Of a stretch of DNA of 64,000 nucleotides, positions 33,301-48,450 are shown piece by piece. Below the pieces are notes generated by a model, which saw only the letters and a list, made by a program, of their open reading frames with translations, was not told where the DNA came from and searched no databases. Both the position numbers and the translations under genes were made by a program. The number at the start of each line of letters is the position of its first letter. The first letter of the stretch is position 1. Source of the DNA: Iphione sp. A-MEVVRFRX5 (taxonomy: Eukaryota); NCBI GenBank assembly GCA_976226885.1, contig OZ320317.1:34348001-34412000 (forward strand). The letters run 5' to 3'.

Positions 33301-36300
33301 CCACAGCAACGGACACCTGGCTAGAAAAGGGAAGAAAGCATCCGTTCCCGAACAAGTCTTTGGTAGTTTCGTACCAAAATACCAGAAAAAAGGAGGAAGA
33401 GTCACACTGAAGCGTGATGTTCTAAGGGCTATGCACTGACCAATCCAGAGCCACGTGGTTGAAGATGGCCCTACATGCTACAGTTGCGTGACAAATGGCG
33501 ACCCAACCTTAGGTTTACAGCTGGGTTCGTCAGGACGACTATAATTCAAATGGAGAGAACACAGATCCAGGGCTTGAGATCACCCTTGTCACATTTGACT
33601 TGAATAATGGCCTTTTTATTTAGCTCTCTGCGCCCCTAGATTATTTTTAAGTAAATAACATATTACTGCCGAGGTTCAAGACTCAGCAGGTATGAATGCG
33701 ATCGGTAGAAACTGAAATAATCATATGCCTACTTTCGTACCTATTAATCTATTGTGTTTATTGTGGTAGGTCATGTTTTGAATCTAAAGGTAGAGCTACT
33801 ATGTTCTGTAAATATTTTAAGTTTGTACTCAGGGTGTACAAGAAATCTAATTACTGATGTCAATTGCCTCTCAGAGATGGATTGAAAACACATTTAAGGT
33901 TTTAAGCATGAGTTGCGGTTGATTCAATTTCGTCCCGCATCTAAAATTTAAACGGTTTCGGCCTCTGTGTTGAATCGCAAGAATCATATCTTGAAAGGAA
34001 AATACTACTAGAGTAAAAGGTAAATGTTTCTTTTTCCATTTTGCGAATAGTGGGAAAGGTGGACCGTTTCTAATTGCCCTGTTTGTATATAAATCCTTCC
34101 TTTCGTTTTCGTTTACTATTGGGTGGTTTATATGTACATGGAAAGTCTTCTTACACATTACACTTGGACTTGATTGAGTTCTCTTCGAGGAATGTGATTT
34201 AGACATCCAGCTGAATAAAAAAATGGACCCATAAACGATCCCCAGTCCTCCTGGAAACAACACATTTAAACCAGTATTATGGGAAGGATTTGTTGTGACG
34301 GTGAGCTGTGATGGTTACTTTTCTGGAGATCTCCAATGTCTCAGATAACTTTTCACAAGGATGTTGTGTTACTACTGTGTGAAGCTTGTGTAATGTTCTT
34401 CACAAAAAATATATATGCCGGATAGTCAATAATCAAATTAAAACAGTATGTGAATCTTCAGTGGTACTCTTAAAGAAGGAGGAGAAGAACTAATGACTCT
34501 AATACCCAAGGTTTATCTAGTATGATGATTAAAAATGATGATTGAGAGGTCGCAGGTTCAATCCCGGCCCTGGGACTCTTGATCATCACCAGACAGATTA
34601 CTGTAGCTACAACCCAGAGTGGTCCACAACTAGTAAAAAGGCCATGGGTGTAAAAGATTCTGTCCCCTATGCAGAGAAAGGTTCCAGAAACTTATTCAAA
34701 TGTAGGGTTCATTCCCAGGTATTCTAGTCTTTCAATTCTCTATATAGATAGTAGTATGCTACCCCAGGGGGATACAGGAGAACCCCATCATAATGATAGG
34801 TGAATATATTCCTGGTTAAAGATACAATGAAATGAGCACTGAAAACTGGAGAGCTTAGCTTGAAGCACTTACCTTAAACTCTAAACTGGGCAAAAAGGGA
34901 AGAATCATAAATAACCAAGGATGCTAGGGGGCACTCGCCACTCTGGGTTTGGATAGTAAACACCCCTTCATACCTCCGCTACCTCTTTTGAACTTAGTTA
35001 GGTTTGGTAATTAATTAGATGTGAACAGCAGGTAGTAATAAATGTCACTTATGTGCTATCCACTTCAACACCAGAATTTCTAACTACACGTATAATTGTG
35101 CCAATACCACCCGAAACAAATGAAAAGTTCATTTTGCTAATAGGTTTCTCATCCTATTCAATGAATAGGATTAATGCCTTAATGACATCAGTTTAGATGT
35201 CACAATCATGGGAGCACATTGCGTTATGTGCGTAAACTTCTTTTTGAACGCGTGCCTTCTTGTTTAACATAAAGATTACGGTTAAATATGAAATGCAGTT
35301 ACTTATCTAGTGCAGCGAGGAAATAAACCTTCCTCAATCTAACCTACGGCGACGTGTAGAGGTCCTGCAACAAACCATTTGCATCTCCCTTCTTGCACTG
35401 AAATATACACTGTGCAACTCCTTCGTCTCACTACACGCTCCTTCCTTAAATTGAAGACTCCATGCAAATTTTCAGCCGGGAAAATTGAAAGTAAAAAGAT
35501 GACTAAGCTCTGCGCCTGGCTTTGAAAGGCGACGAGCCGCGGATATTATTTAAGATGTGTCATCTCTTTCACAGGGCCTCTCAGGTTCCCTACATTAAAA
35601 CTCTTCATATTAGGAGGGCAGACAGATAAGAGACTAGGTGCGTCAGTCTTATCTCCTGCTTCGTGCAAATGCTAACTTAACCTTGATCTGCTTCATTTTT
35701 CATGTAATTGCCTCCTCGTCTCCGACTCTGGAGCGGGCTTTGGCATCTGATATATAAAGTAGATTGAAAGTAATTCTGTCGAAACACCCTTCGTTCTGTG
35801 CGTGTCAACACTTCCAGGACTCCCATACATTAACGTGTGTTCAATTCACACACCCTGCAATTTTTTTTGTTCTAGGAAGGTGACGAAAGAGGAGTCGCTT
35901 GAAATCAGACACTTCGTAAAGGAATGTGATAATGGATTCTCGCTGAGTGCTGATGTTAAGGCATACGAGCAAGGAAGCAGGATCTAATGCAAACGCCTTT
36001 TAGTTATTTTAGTTTTCCTTCTCTTTTTCTTTTAGGGGTTTGCTTAGTACATCGTCACCAGTGCTTCGTGTACGTTTCTTTGTAACACAAGTCCATACAG
36101 CGGTGTGTTTCCCACCGAAAGAATGGTACGTACTGAACGTTATATGCGATGGACTGTCACTCATGCGTTATTATGGCTTTAAAACACAGTGAGATATATA
36201 ATTTCTTGTCACTTAAGATAAATACAAGAGATACATTTAACAAAGCTAGTTTCAGCTGCTTTCACAGAATTCCCTGCCTTTTGATTTATTTCCTGTCTTC

Positions 36301-37862
36301 TATTCCCGTTTCTGTTTTGGCTTCCTCATAACCTGCGTAATGTTTTACTTTCATTACGAACACGAATAGCCTAAGGTTGTATTCAATCAATATCTCCCCA
36401 CCTTTCACTCTCCTTTTTTTTACCCCGCTACGAGCTGTATGTCTTCTTGTGCTAACCCTTTACCCTGTACCCTTCCCTGTTCGCTCCATGCCCTTCGGTG
36501 CCCTTTGCCCTAAATATCGAGATACCTTGGGCAGAGATAGGCTCACCACCGAAAGCTTCCCGGACTCTTCCTCCAGGGCCTTCCTTGAATGCGTGGCTCC
36601 TCCCACAGAGAGACAAAGTCAACATCACCTTTTGGCGAGCACCATCTGCGAACTACCCTCGCCAAGCTTCGATAGGTCCGTCTTATCTACATGTCACTAT
36701 GCCCTCTGTTGGCATACCATGACAACTGGTGACGACAGCTTCCCACCTTGCCTACAAGGTAAGTCCTCTGTCTCTGTCCCCTCTCAATATATGCGACAAC
36801 ATACGGTGGCACCCGTGTTATGGCGCAGCAGTTAGGTAGTCAGGTGGATAGATCAGGTCTAAATTGCATCTCATAGAAGTCATTTGCCAGGTTGATTTTA
36901 GACAAAGAGAACCTAACCAAGAAAGCCATGTAAGACAGTGGCTATGTTAGTAGTATTAATTCTTGTAAGACAACATTAGGCAGTGATTCAGATAAGGCAT
37001 AACTGGCAGAACTGGCAGACAAGACTTGACATTCAGATAACATTAGGCAGCAATTGAGATAATCCATGTCTCCAATGCTTTCATCCTTTTTTCACTGGAA
37101 TGGTGAGGTTACTTGGTTTAGTGAGGGAAATTATCATGGATTTATAGATTTTAGTCACTTCTTTACTGAATGGATTCTTGAGATTACCTGATATACCAAG
37201 ATAACCGCATCCTGAGGGGTCATTGAATACATGCATATGTATACTTTATACATTTGTATGTATAAATATATCCTTTTTTTCATACGACAGACTGTCGTAT
37301 GGCATTCTGCGTCAAAGCCAGACAGGGATCTACCAGTAGGGCATCCAAGTAATTGAGTAAACAAAGGGTTGCCAAACCCAATTAAATACAGAATTCAATG
37401 TTATCATATGGATTCATTGTGGATAGTTCATAGTATTATTGTTAATCTAAGTGACCCCCATTTCTAAATTTAAAGACATAGAACCCCTTCTTGGGACTAA
37501 TAGGCGAATAGGTACAGCTCCAGACAGAATGGCTGATTGTTCCAGTTTCAGTTAAAGTCAAGGCAAACTTAAGTATTCAGCCGATGAATTTACTCCGTGT
37601 TTTTTTTTTAAACTGTCATCCTCTTTTACCCGATTGGTAACGTGTTTGGTCTGCGCAAGAGACAGCTGTTAAAAAGGATGACACCATTAGAAAGATTAAA
37701 GGCGAAAGAAGTGGTGACAAAGTAGCAAAAAAAAGGATGAAAGGCGCAATAATTCCCCATAGCTAATGTGGATTTGTTCTTACAGTAGAAATGGAGACGG
37801 AAATACCACTTTGAAAAAAAAACTGGTTCTTTTCTGTATAATATTCCATTATATTGCAGCGA

Positions 37863-37990
37863 CCAATAGGGGTGAAGGGCACTGCTCGATAAGTAACCAA
37901 TCAAAAATGACCTTTTACAAGCGCAGCGCGGGTCAGAAGCGCCATGACGTCATCGCCACTCCACCAAGGAGGTCATTACGCCTGCGCAGT
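37863..37990. promoter_or_regulatory. CpG-rich promoter-like cluster
   Basis: CCAAT at 37863 and 37897, TGACGTCA at 37945-37952, TGCGCA at 37983; no associated gene identified. Confidence 0.35.
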
Positions 37991-38653
37991 GCTTTCAATG
38001 ACCTTTGGGGAAACATCCATTTAGCCCCCACTGCACCTGATAACTAGTGCCTCTAGCGGCACCCAAGGCAACCTAAAACAGACGCTGATCCCTGAACTGC
38101 TCTATTATCGCTCAGTTCAAGCAGCCATCACCACGGAAGTATACCAACCACCACGCAGCACAGCCCGACCCGATGCCAACACCACAACTATAATACGACC
38201 ACCACCACAATCATACTAACACCACCGTTCGCATGACCAGTTACTTCACCAACCACATTCATCGCCGACTGCTTATCCCAGCAGCCTAGGGTTACTCTTT
38301 TTGTGTTTGACCCGGTAATATGTCCAGCACGGCATTGACGGTTCGTCTTGCCCTAGGCAGTGAGGACCACTTCATCAGTAGGGGTAGGCGGTGTATAGTT
38401 AGTAGGTATGTAATGTAGGTAGTTGACCAAAAAGATAGAAAGGGACACAAAGAGGCTAACAGAGGGCAGATGAAGGAAAGGAGAGAGAGGCTGCTGGAGA
38501 ACAGGCCGAGATAAAGAAAGAGATATTGGAAGCAAGAGACGAAGAGAGATGAGAGGAAAGTGGAAAGGAAAGGGGTATTGAGAGAGAATAGAAGAGAAAG
38601 CATGAAAAGGGCAAAACAGAAGAGAAAGACAACTGGTATTCGACAGAGGGAGC

Positions 38654-38656
<3 letters not shown>

Positions 38657-38704
<48 letters not shown>
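38657..38704. repeat. (AG)24 microsatellite
   Basis: Direct reading. Confidence 0.95.
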
Positions 38705-38714
<10 letters not shown>

Positions 38715-41700
38715 CAGAAGGAACAGAAGAGGCACGCAAGAGAAGGAGACGATGTCCATCTTGACAGGTTAGTGCACCAAGTTTACGTTATCCACTCCAA
38801 TGGGCACCAGCCACTCGGGTCCTTTTCCTAAACGCACGGCCAAGCTGGCGGACGGACGAGGAGTAAGCAGGGGTCAGGGTTTACTGGGGTCGGTCGGGAG
38901 TTGGTCCCGGGCGCCGGCTAGCAAGCCGGTAAGTAAATCACGCCGCGGGCCTGGAGCTGCTCGGGGGACGGGAGGACGGCGGTTGGGTGACTTGGTAAAT
39001 TTGGGAAACTCGCTGGGGTAAGGCTGACGAAAAATGAGGTATGTTGTGAGGGGATAGTCAGAAGAGGTGTTCAGGACTGTCGGGCATGGGTAGATAGAGA
39101 CATGGCATGGAGGGATGAAGTGGGCAGGAAGGAGGGGCCTGAAGTAGAAAGGACGGGCCTGGTTCAAGCAATGGTGGGGATAGTTAGAAGAGGCTTTGGG
39201 GTAATTGGGCAAATGATGTAAATAGCTTGGAAGAAATTGGATAGTTTCAAAAAATATGGCCAGAGGAAACCTTGCTGTGGCGGAGTGTGAGTTTATAAAT
39301 GAGAAGAGAAATTGCAACCAACATGGTGATACGGGCTCGGGAATTTATGCATGTAAGAAGGGTCAATATCTAGAGGGAGAATGGTGAAGGACAAGGATGT
39401 GGGGACAGGATAAACGAGGGCACAAGGCGGCGGAGTTTGTGAAAAACCCACGGGATAAGTCAGAAGGGAAGACATTGTGCCAATTGCGCCGCGGCCAATA
39501 GTACTAGCTGAGTGTATATACCTTATGGTAGTTGGGGTATGTATATGAAGGAGTGAGGGGCGAGTGCAGGCTCGTGGATGAGGGGGGACGGGTTGAGGAG
39601 TAAATTACATGGCAGTGCATGACACGTATGCTGAATTTCAGCATTGATTTTTGTTACGCCCGGTCAACCCGTAAGCTTCACAATGAAGGTCCTGTGCTTA
39701 ATCTTTCTCTGTATGCATTGCTTATAACAGCTGGAATTCCAATCCTAGTCTCAGTACGATTCCTGGGTCCATTCTAAGGAGGAGAAAACCACTACGGCCA
39801 TTCAGGAAACACTTAAGTTTTTGTCCCGTGCAAGATGTAGGTACTGGCAGGAGTTTGGTTAGAATCAAGCCGAGCGGTGATAAGATCGGGACTCAAGTAC
39901 TTAACAGGGCAGAGGGCGATAATGGGTGATTTCTTGGGTGGCTTTCTGCTTATTGCTTGGAGATAAGAGCTGGGCTCTGGAAGCCGTCAGCCCACGGCAG
40001 TTAGGGCGGCACGCAGACACCCTTCATGTGACGGTGCACGTTATTCAAGGAGGTAGAGGTTGATTAAAAAAACGAAAAGGTACAATATTTATCGCATGTG
40101 AATTAGAAAACAGGATAGATTAAAGTCACAGTTTTAATGAATAGATTTAAGAATTACGAATTACGAATGGATTAACAGTCAGTGCACAGCGTGTAGCTAG
40201 AAGGTTAAAAGACCATAAATGACATGAATATGGATTCTATCTGACGATCAAAGTTGATAGCGTAAGGAGGAGCCCTGCCTGCCTTTGAACACAAAGGGTG
40301 AACTAAAAGCATTGGTAGCACATGTTAGCCAAGAGATCTGATAGATATGTGGCTCAAAACAACTGCCGAAGACTTTCATCTTTATAAAAAGATTAGAAGA
40401 AAACGATGTTTCTTCTGATCACCACCATTCCAGAACCGTAGGGACAAAATAGCGTAAGGTCCTGACATGGATTCATTTAACCCACTCTCCATAGAAACAA
40501 CTATATTACAATTTAAATTAGTTGTTTTGCTCCTTTTGTTAATAATACATTCTGCAAACACAATCCAATGTAAACTACCCCTTAAATGACAACAGGTAGA
40601 TCTATTTTCACTCAATTCAGATATTGAACTACAGTAACAACTCACCTTGTGGGCAACTCAACTAGAAGTGCAACGCAGAATTAAGGGCATGTTTGTATGG
40701 TCTCCATGGGTTATTTTCAATGTCATGATTAATGCAGGTAGGAAGACAACTCACATTTAGGGCAGCTTTGTCTCGATCAATTGGTGGTCTTAATTCTGAG
40801 GTACTGCTGTATATTCTGTTGGGAAAAGCCTATTTGTCTGAAAGAATTTATCGTAGAATTTACATATTTCAGATATTCAGTGAGATGAAATCGGGTCCTT
40901 CCTATATATTTATGGACCTCCACGAAATCAAGCCGATGGAAAAGAGTATATATTAGAAGTTAAATATTAAACTGTTAGGTTTGCCTGTTCAAAAAAGAAA
41001 GTCAACCCCAAGTGTGGCCTGATATACGATACATGTATATACCATATGACTGATTTTTTAATGGCCCTCATCATTGAATATTACATAAATATTATAGGAG
41101 AACATTTTGGAAGTAAAACCCCACAGAAATACTTTCTTATGACTGGTACTGGGTTTCAGTTCGAACATTGAGCGACACAATTCAATTTGACTTGATTGTA
41201 CATGAAGGATTATAGAACTGTTGAAATTGACCCATTTCAGATAGCATTGTGTGGCGGTATGGGGCTAGTGTCAGCATTTTCGTCAGCGAACCTCTTCCAG
41301 TTGTTGCTGGCTTTGGTAACATATAGACGTAAAACGTCATGCTTAAAATGAAGTTTACCCCTTCAGAATATGTATACTAGATATAAACCTTAGTACAGGT
41401 TACCTTGGCTACATCTCAATAAATTCAATATCGCTATATATCAGTAGTTAAACCTTATCTTGTTCTTCTCATTGTACGTTATGGCTACGCATGGTTTCAT
41501 TAAATGTGCCCGTTCCTTAAAGGTATTAAGATATTTAGTGTAGACACATTTTTGGCAAAATAAACTGAATCATCTGGCAAAAAGAACTCGGTAGCCCTTA
41601 CAGAGTTAAGAGCCTAGTCTTCATCCACTATTTCTGGTACAATAGACATAATGAAAACCCACCTTAGGGGTACATCTTTATGGCGCTAATAGGCCATTTT

Positions 41701-44700
41701 GGGAAGAACAGTTTGTATTTGCTACTATTATATACTGAAAGAAGTGCCCAATAGGGAAATATCTCGATTAGGGACAAATTGGGAAAGAACCAAAGATGTC
41801 GTGATCACAAGCTTTCGGCTTTAGCTGAACAATGCAAGATTGACTGACCTCAAATGACACTGCTCTACAGACCATACGAAATGAAAACGGAAAGGTATAT
41901 ATCTATGTGTTTTGGAGCTATAGTTGGCCATGTCTCCAGATAAGTCCGATACTAAATAAGGACAGGGTGAAAAAAACTCCCTAATACCATTTGTGGTCGA
42001 GTCTAATAAGAGCCCCTCACGTTCGTGGGAGGCTCAAAGCCGGACGTTCATAGAGAGAAATAGACGTGGTATCTCCTAATGATGCTTGTGAGTAAACAGA
42101 TCCACAAGTGAATAAAGAGGAAACACACAAAACGTTTTTAAAGCGGGAAAAGGACGATGTGTTTTATGCCCAAAGTGTACTTTACAGCTCGCATTCGTAC
42201 ACCAAGTAAATAACAGACCCATTCTGTTTTACTGACCACAAGATGCCTTATTCTGACATACACTGTACCATAACAAAGCATTTTATTACTGCATAAGACA
42301 GATCCAAGAAAAAGAGTACCCAAGTTTGGTACATTATTCATCCTTAGACATAGAAATCTAAATTACAGACATATAGATTACTGCACATAGAAAATCAATG
42401 TTGGTTAAATGGACTTTTCGTATGTCGCAGTGTTTATGGGGCACCAGAGACGATAGGAGTAATCAAAGTAACTTTAAAGAATGAAGATCCAAGGCAATGT
42501 ATATCCATATTTTTTCGTGTATCTACCTAAGATGCCTCGGGAAATGATACAAAAAGAAAATGTTTTGTTTCTCTATGCATGAAGAAGTCTACAAGAAAAA
42601 AGAACATCAAGGCAGTTGCCGTCACGATCTCGTGCATCCTGCAGGGATGGCAGTATACCCTCAGGATTATTTTCCCTCGAAGTCTATAGTTGGCATGCAG
42701 ACATCTTGTTGTTGCAGAAATAATGAACTATAAGTGCAACTACGAGAGGAAATTTCTACATTCTGGCAGGTACTAATACCTTTGCATGTTCATACAGTCA
42801 AGCTCCTAACTTCTAAGACCGATATGATTGATGGACTCAGTGTCTGTCCTCAGTAGTAGGGATGTTATATGATGCTTATCTTGTATCACAGAACTACGTA
42901 TCTTCTACTCTCAGGAACGTGCGGGAAATCCTCAAACAACCATGATAGATAACGCTACCATATGCCGTCGAATGACGCATGTCGAACATAGATGAAAAAT
43001 AAATGCAAAATATTTTTAGACATGTATCGTTCTCTCCGAACATGTGAAACTAAAATTGGTTTACAGAATCAGAATATACTTAATCTGTTTCCCTATATTT
43101 GGTAGTAAATGTAGCAGTACCCAAGTAAAAAGTGAACCTGGATTGGACTAATGCAGTCTTTCCATGTGTGTCTATTTTACGCAACTGGATACTGTTCCGT
43201 AAGTGCATGAAATACCAATTCTCTATTAACCATTGTATCCTTCCCATCTGTGCATACTTTTTGTGTTTACTGTATTCCATCTGTACACTTTGAAAGGCCT
43301 ATTGCATGTCATGCGTCATCGTGCATACATTTGGGATCCCAAAGCAGGACTGTGCACATTTTATGTACACATGGAAAGATGGCCTTACATTACCAAAGCA
43401 ACAATATGTATACCTAGGTCACACGTGCCCTACCATGGAAAAAGTCCTGAAGCTGGCCTATAAAAACGCAGGTCACTGTGGGCTTTTTTAAACGGCAGTG
43501 TATATCCTGTATGCTTATAAGTAAGCGGCATTCTCTAGAGAATTCGAAATGGGAGGTACGTCTTACTGAAAGAGCGTTTTGAAAAGAGTACGTTTCATCC
43601 TGCCCTCCCTACATCTCTGTATACAATCTACAGACATTCGACTGACATGAGCAACCACTAGAGTCTATAGGGTATATAGATATACGTCCAAGAGGGTTTG
43701 TGGTAACTATGCAAGAGGTGAACAGCCAGTAAGGTACCTATATCCCTAGAGTACCAAGGTGAGCATGAACCATATCGTGTTCTTACTTACCAGCTGATAC
43801 CATCGCTTGGTGCTAAAAGTTCAAGATGCACCGTGACAGCACACCAATAAGTGATGATCTTTTGGTGTGTCTAGGTTCAACAGTACCACACGAGACCTCT
43901 GGTCTTGTGCCGTGCAGATCAATGAATACACGCCATGGGACAGTCGCAAATGTGGTCCCATTATCATTTTACATTATCAACTTTTACAGCTTTCAACAAT
44001 CAACTACTAAGCTGAAACAAAAGCATTGGCACAGACTTGCTTCACTGTGTGAGTTACATGTATACTGGAATAAAACACGGCTGGGAAAGGATGGTATGTC
44101 TGCCCATGTTCTGCCTGAGCATGTAATGAAGGGCAAATTGATACCCTGCTGTCCTCATGAGGTCCAGCAACCATGCTGCATTCAAAGGAAAGCGTGGTAG
44201 TATGTTTTGACCGGAACTCATCTTGACTTCTTTCTATGATTTTCCTGAAGTGGCAATTTTCGGGGCTGGGCTCTTGCTATTTTATGGTCTTACATGTTCT
44301 AGTCCTTCTTATCAAATGTCGGCAGTGCAGAGTATGCTTCAATTTTTGACTGGTACATCCAGCTTTCCTTACCATCAAGAGTGTATATCATATTTCAATA
44401 CTCTAAGCGAGCAAAGATGCAGGCAGAAATACTTTAATATCTCCTGTTCTTTATAGTCTGTTACCTTAACATTTCACACCCTCGAGTCTACTTACTTCGG
44501 AGGAGATCAGGAGTTCAAATGGATGATCAGGTCGCTGGAAAACCAGGTGCGTCTGATTGAAGCATTCACATGAGAACTTTGAGTTTCAAAAATTTTGGAC
44601 ATGAGAAACAGTGTACTGTAAATGGAGATTTTTAAATGTAAATATCAAAGATCAAATATCAAATAAATTTCACAAACCCTTTACAATAAGCTTGATGAGA

Positions 44701-46749
44701 CAATTTGTCATAATCTAGATAACCACACTACCCTAGAAGGGCCTTGAACGAAGTCTCAAGTTCAAAAACGTTAAAGTACACCTTCCTTTTCGACTAACTA
44801 CACGTTTCAGTTGACTTCATCTTGCTTCCAACTGGACTTTGCATGCCCCAAGTATTTCATGAATGATATGTATCATCACATCCAGCTGTCCTCCACTGAT
44901 AATTATTTGTGTGGCGAAACGATAGCCGAGATGGTATCTTCTTCCTACATTGATTTTTGCATTATACTGCAACAAAAAGCGATGCAATGTAGAAACTCCC
45001 ACACTAGGTGTCTAAACCGCCAGAGCAGATTATATCTCCATCGGAGCACATCGCCGAGTAAATTCAAGTCATTACTTGTACTGAACATTCAAGACGTTTT
45101 CTTTACTTGTTTGTCTTTCTATAAAACCTGAAAAGGTTTACCTAGCCTTAGCTGGCATATCACTGAATGACCTATTCTAAATGAGAAATAGGTTAAAGGT
45201 ATTAAGATTCCGACATTTTAAACTACATCTTCTTCATCAGGAGGTTATAAAAACTACGCTATGTAAGAAGCACTGATCAAGGAGGAACTAGTCCCACACT
45301 GATACATTACTAAAATGTAACCATATTCCAAACGAACGTATGACAAACGAATCTCCATATTTTGCTATGCTTCCTTACTTAACAATTTGGACTCTGACCT
45401 TACATGTGTTTCTCGTGTCCACATTTTGCAGTCCAGTAACATAATTCACAGTAATGAACTAAAAAAGGGTGCATACCGTCCCCGAAGCATTGAGACTGTA
45501 CAAAATGAAAGATAAGCCTATACTTGTCAACAGATGACAAGGTAAATGTGTTTACTGGATCGCTAATCATTATCGAAATCCAGTACAGCTTATAAATACC
45601 CATAGATGCTCATGTGATCTGGTTTGCTTCCTGGTCAGCGAAGATATTGTACAGAAGGATAATTAAACGATATATGATATGTAGGTATTGCAAAAAAAGG
45701 TGCTTCAGCACTTCCCTTTCATCTATTTTCGAAGTTGCTGGAGGAGACATTGCGGTAAACTAGGCCCTGTAGTAATGCGTGGGCAGGTCTGATTACTGGA
45801 CCTGGGCTAAGTCCTATTGTCCTCCAGTTCCAGTATTGCTAACAGAGGGAGAATACTTCCAAAGAGTATTTATTTGGCCATAGTTTAATATAAGCCTAAC
45901 AACATATAGGTATGATAAAGATAAGAATTTGAAGTATTTTTGCGAGTTGAAACCTGAAGCTATCGCAGTAGAAAGCACTCGTCAATTCTATTCCATTTTG
46001 AGTTGTGTTATACTCGCATCATGAAAAGGATGACGAAGAAGCATTGATGTCAGCTCAGGCACATTTGTAATGGTACTATTAAGAGGCCAAATGGGCAAAA
46101 ATTATGGTTCCCCTTTGTGCCAGAATTCTTTACACTGTACATGGAAGATTTTTATCAAGCTATTTTTTTGTGAAGGCTGATTCATAATCCCTGGAATAGC
46201 ATTATTATCCCCTATCTAAGGTAAAAAAAAGTCGTTATATTGAGCTGTTATTAAAGAATGGTCTTATTCAAAAGAGGTACGCATGGGGACATACAGTTTC
46301 AGATTGCCTCATGTTAAGGAAGTCATGATCTTGGAGTTGCCTTGAGCGACACAGAGGGAGGGCCAGAGGTGAGTGAAAGTAAAGAGATCCGCAGAATTCA
46401 GTGCAAAAACTGAGATTTCTTCGAATCGTCCATTTGCATGTTTCATTTGAAATATCCTCAGGTTACCTTATGCCATATTCGCATTGCCACAACTAGCAAT
46501 ATGTTATGGATTATTTCCTCAGCTTGTATTAAATGGAAACTTGGCGTTTTTAAAATGCCGGAGATGCGCGTGATGTATGGTTCTTTAATAAGTACCTCAG
46601 TAATTATTTTCCGGTTTATAACAGGATTCTCTTTTTTTGTCTTTATTTCTTTCAGTTGAGGAATCTGGACAGATTAGTCCAGTAATCGACTTCTCCATTT
46701 ACAATCACATCATAATTTCTTTGCCATGATATATACGTCTTTCTCTTTA

Positions 46750-48450
46750 TGAAAACGTATTCCATCCCTCACTCTTGCCTTTGTAAAAACCTGACAATTG
46801 TAGCTAATCTTCGGTCCTATAACTGACATTTTCATAGCATTTGCAATGGCTATATACTTTCTCATTCTATTTAACTTTAAGATTTTACTATACTTTACTA
46901 TACTTTACTTTACTTTAAGATTTTACTTTGCTACAGCTCGCTTCAGACAGTACGCATTAGCAGTTAAACGTTAATCTATTACAAACCCCAGATAATTACA
47001 CGAGGTACATTTCACTTACAACTCTCCTTCAATAGCGACACCTCACAAATCCTCTCCTTTCACCCGTCCCCTGGTACCTAAACTTAGAATACTTGCATTT
47101 TGCCTGGTGTTCAGGAATATCTTCTTTCAGTTGCCGACAATATTAATTAATTATTTTGAAAGTTATTATTGGTTTTCCTCATGGCCTCCCTCCATGTATT
47201 AAATCCTCCCACCATGGCAGAGTCGTCTGCATACAATAGGATTTACCCAGAAGTGTGTAGGACCCCTAGATTGTTCACAAAATTTGAAGACAGCAAAGGC
47301 CCCAGTAAACTTCCCTGGGGGACCCCACACCTAATATTACACTCCCTTGAGTGTACCCCCTCCCCCAATAAGTAACCCCTGGTCATATTTATTATTGATT
47401 CATTCCTTCATACGGACAATGTCACGATGTAAACGGTCAAATGCTGCAGTAAAATCTAAATAGCGTGTGATCACCTTTAACTCATTATTCAACATTACGT
47501 GGATAGAATCTAACATTGTTAGTATTGCCTCTCCATTGATCGCCACCCTCTAAATGTATATTGCCTCTTATATAATAGATTATTACCCTAAAAATTGTAT
47601 CACTTTGTCATATAAAATTCTTTCCAGGATTTTATTGTTTATTGTTTGTTTATTGAATACCACTCCGCGTACAGAAAAGGATTACAGAGTACTTGGTAAC
47701 ATGGACACACTCACTGGTCTATAATTTATTTCTGACTTTCTACCCCTCTTATTGATTGGGGTCACTCTGACATTTTTCCACATCGCAGGAGTTTGCTAAT
47801 GTTGGCGGTTCTCACGCTTTCTCTAAGATTTTTCTACCAATGTTACTATAAAAATTATCTCAGTGAATTGGCTCTATCTTCCCTGATCTGTAACCCCCGA
47901 TTCTTTTTAGGTACAACATCTTCCCCTGCCTTCCTATCCATACCCAAATATCTTTCATTGTCTTCCAGTATTCTTTCCCTGAGCCCTTTGTCTCAGTACA
48001 CCCATTCTGAGTAATTGTGTTTTTCCTGTCTTTCCTGTCTTTCCTGTCTTTCCTCGATGCTTTCTTTAGTCCATGCTAAGTATCATCAGTGCCCTGGGCC
48101 ATATGTCTGTCATAAGCCGCCTGTCCCCTCTTTTCGGCTTGCCTGTCTCTTCCAATGTACCATTTATCTCCGCCCTTACCTAGTAATAATAGGACAACAG
48201 ATATCAATCACCCTCATAATTTCAATATGCATTATTTCCCACTTTTTCATTTGAAACTTTCCCTCCTTCAACACTTCCGAATTGAACTCCCATAAGTTAT
48301 TATTGATGTTTACTTTATCATATGTCCTAGTGTCTCTACAGAACACATGTGTGATCAACTTTTGCTGACCATTATCCCTCAAATTCAACCAAAATTAGGT
48401 TATGATTACTAACCCCGCAGTCTTAGACACCCATCGTGCTCGTTAGTCCA
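46750..48450 (-). pseudogene. Decayed CR1/L2-like LINE ORF2 (end of APE endonuclease + RT)
   Basis: Minus-strand pieces in the expected order: GVSNHNLIL (SDH-type, ~48400), WKNVRVTPINKRGRKSEINYRPVSV (~47790-47710), LDFTAAFD (~47460), CGVPQGSLLGPLL (~47330-47290), LLYADDS (~47238-47218). Many stops and frameshifts; boundaries approximate. Confidence 0.8.

Noticed and set aside
34545-34575. tRNA B-box-like GGTTCAATCCC (another at ~10390-10405 on the minus strand)
   Set aside because: No A box or cloverleaf; at most SINE debris.
36577-36758. Candidate + strand exon (CCAG|...AAG|GTAAGT) with one open frame
   Set aside because: No recognisable protein and no linked exons.
38300-38385. Minus-strand CTGATGA...GACGAAC, Penelope-type hammerhead candidate
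   Set aside because: Extra bases after CUGAUGA, GAAC instead of GAAA, no compatible stem I/III or cleavage triplet; no Penelope ORF nearby.
38292-38772. ORFs across the (AG)n/(CT)n tract
   Set aside because: Microsatellite-derived open frames (poly-SL/ER), not genes.
40400-43300. Scattered LRR-like fragments (e.g. VPNLGTLFLGS, LLDSTTNGI) and a weak TIR-like piece on the minus strand, suggesting a decayed TLR-like gene
   Set aside because: Fragments are short, in different frames and full of stops; not distinguishable from chance without a profile search.
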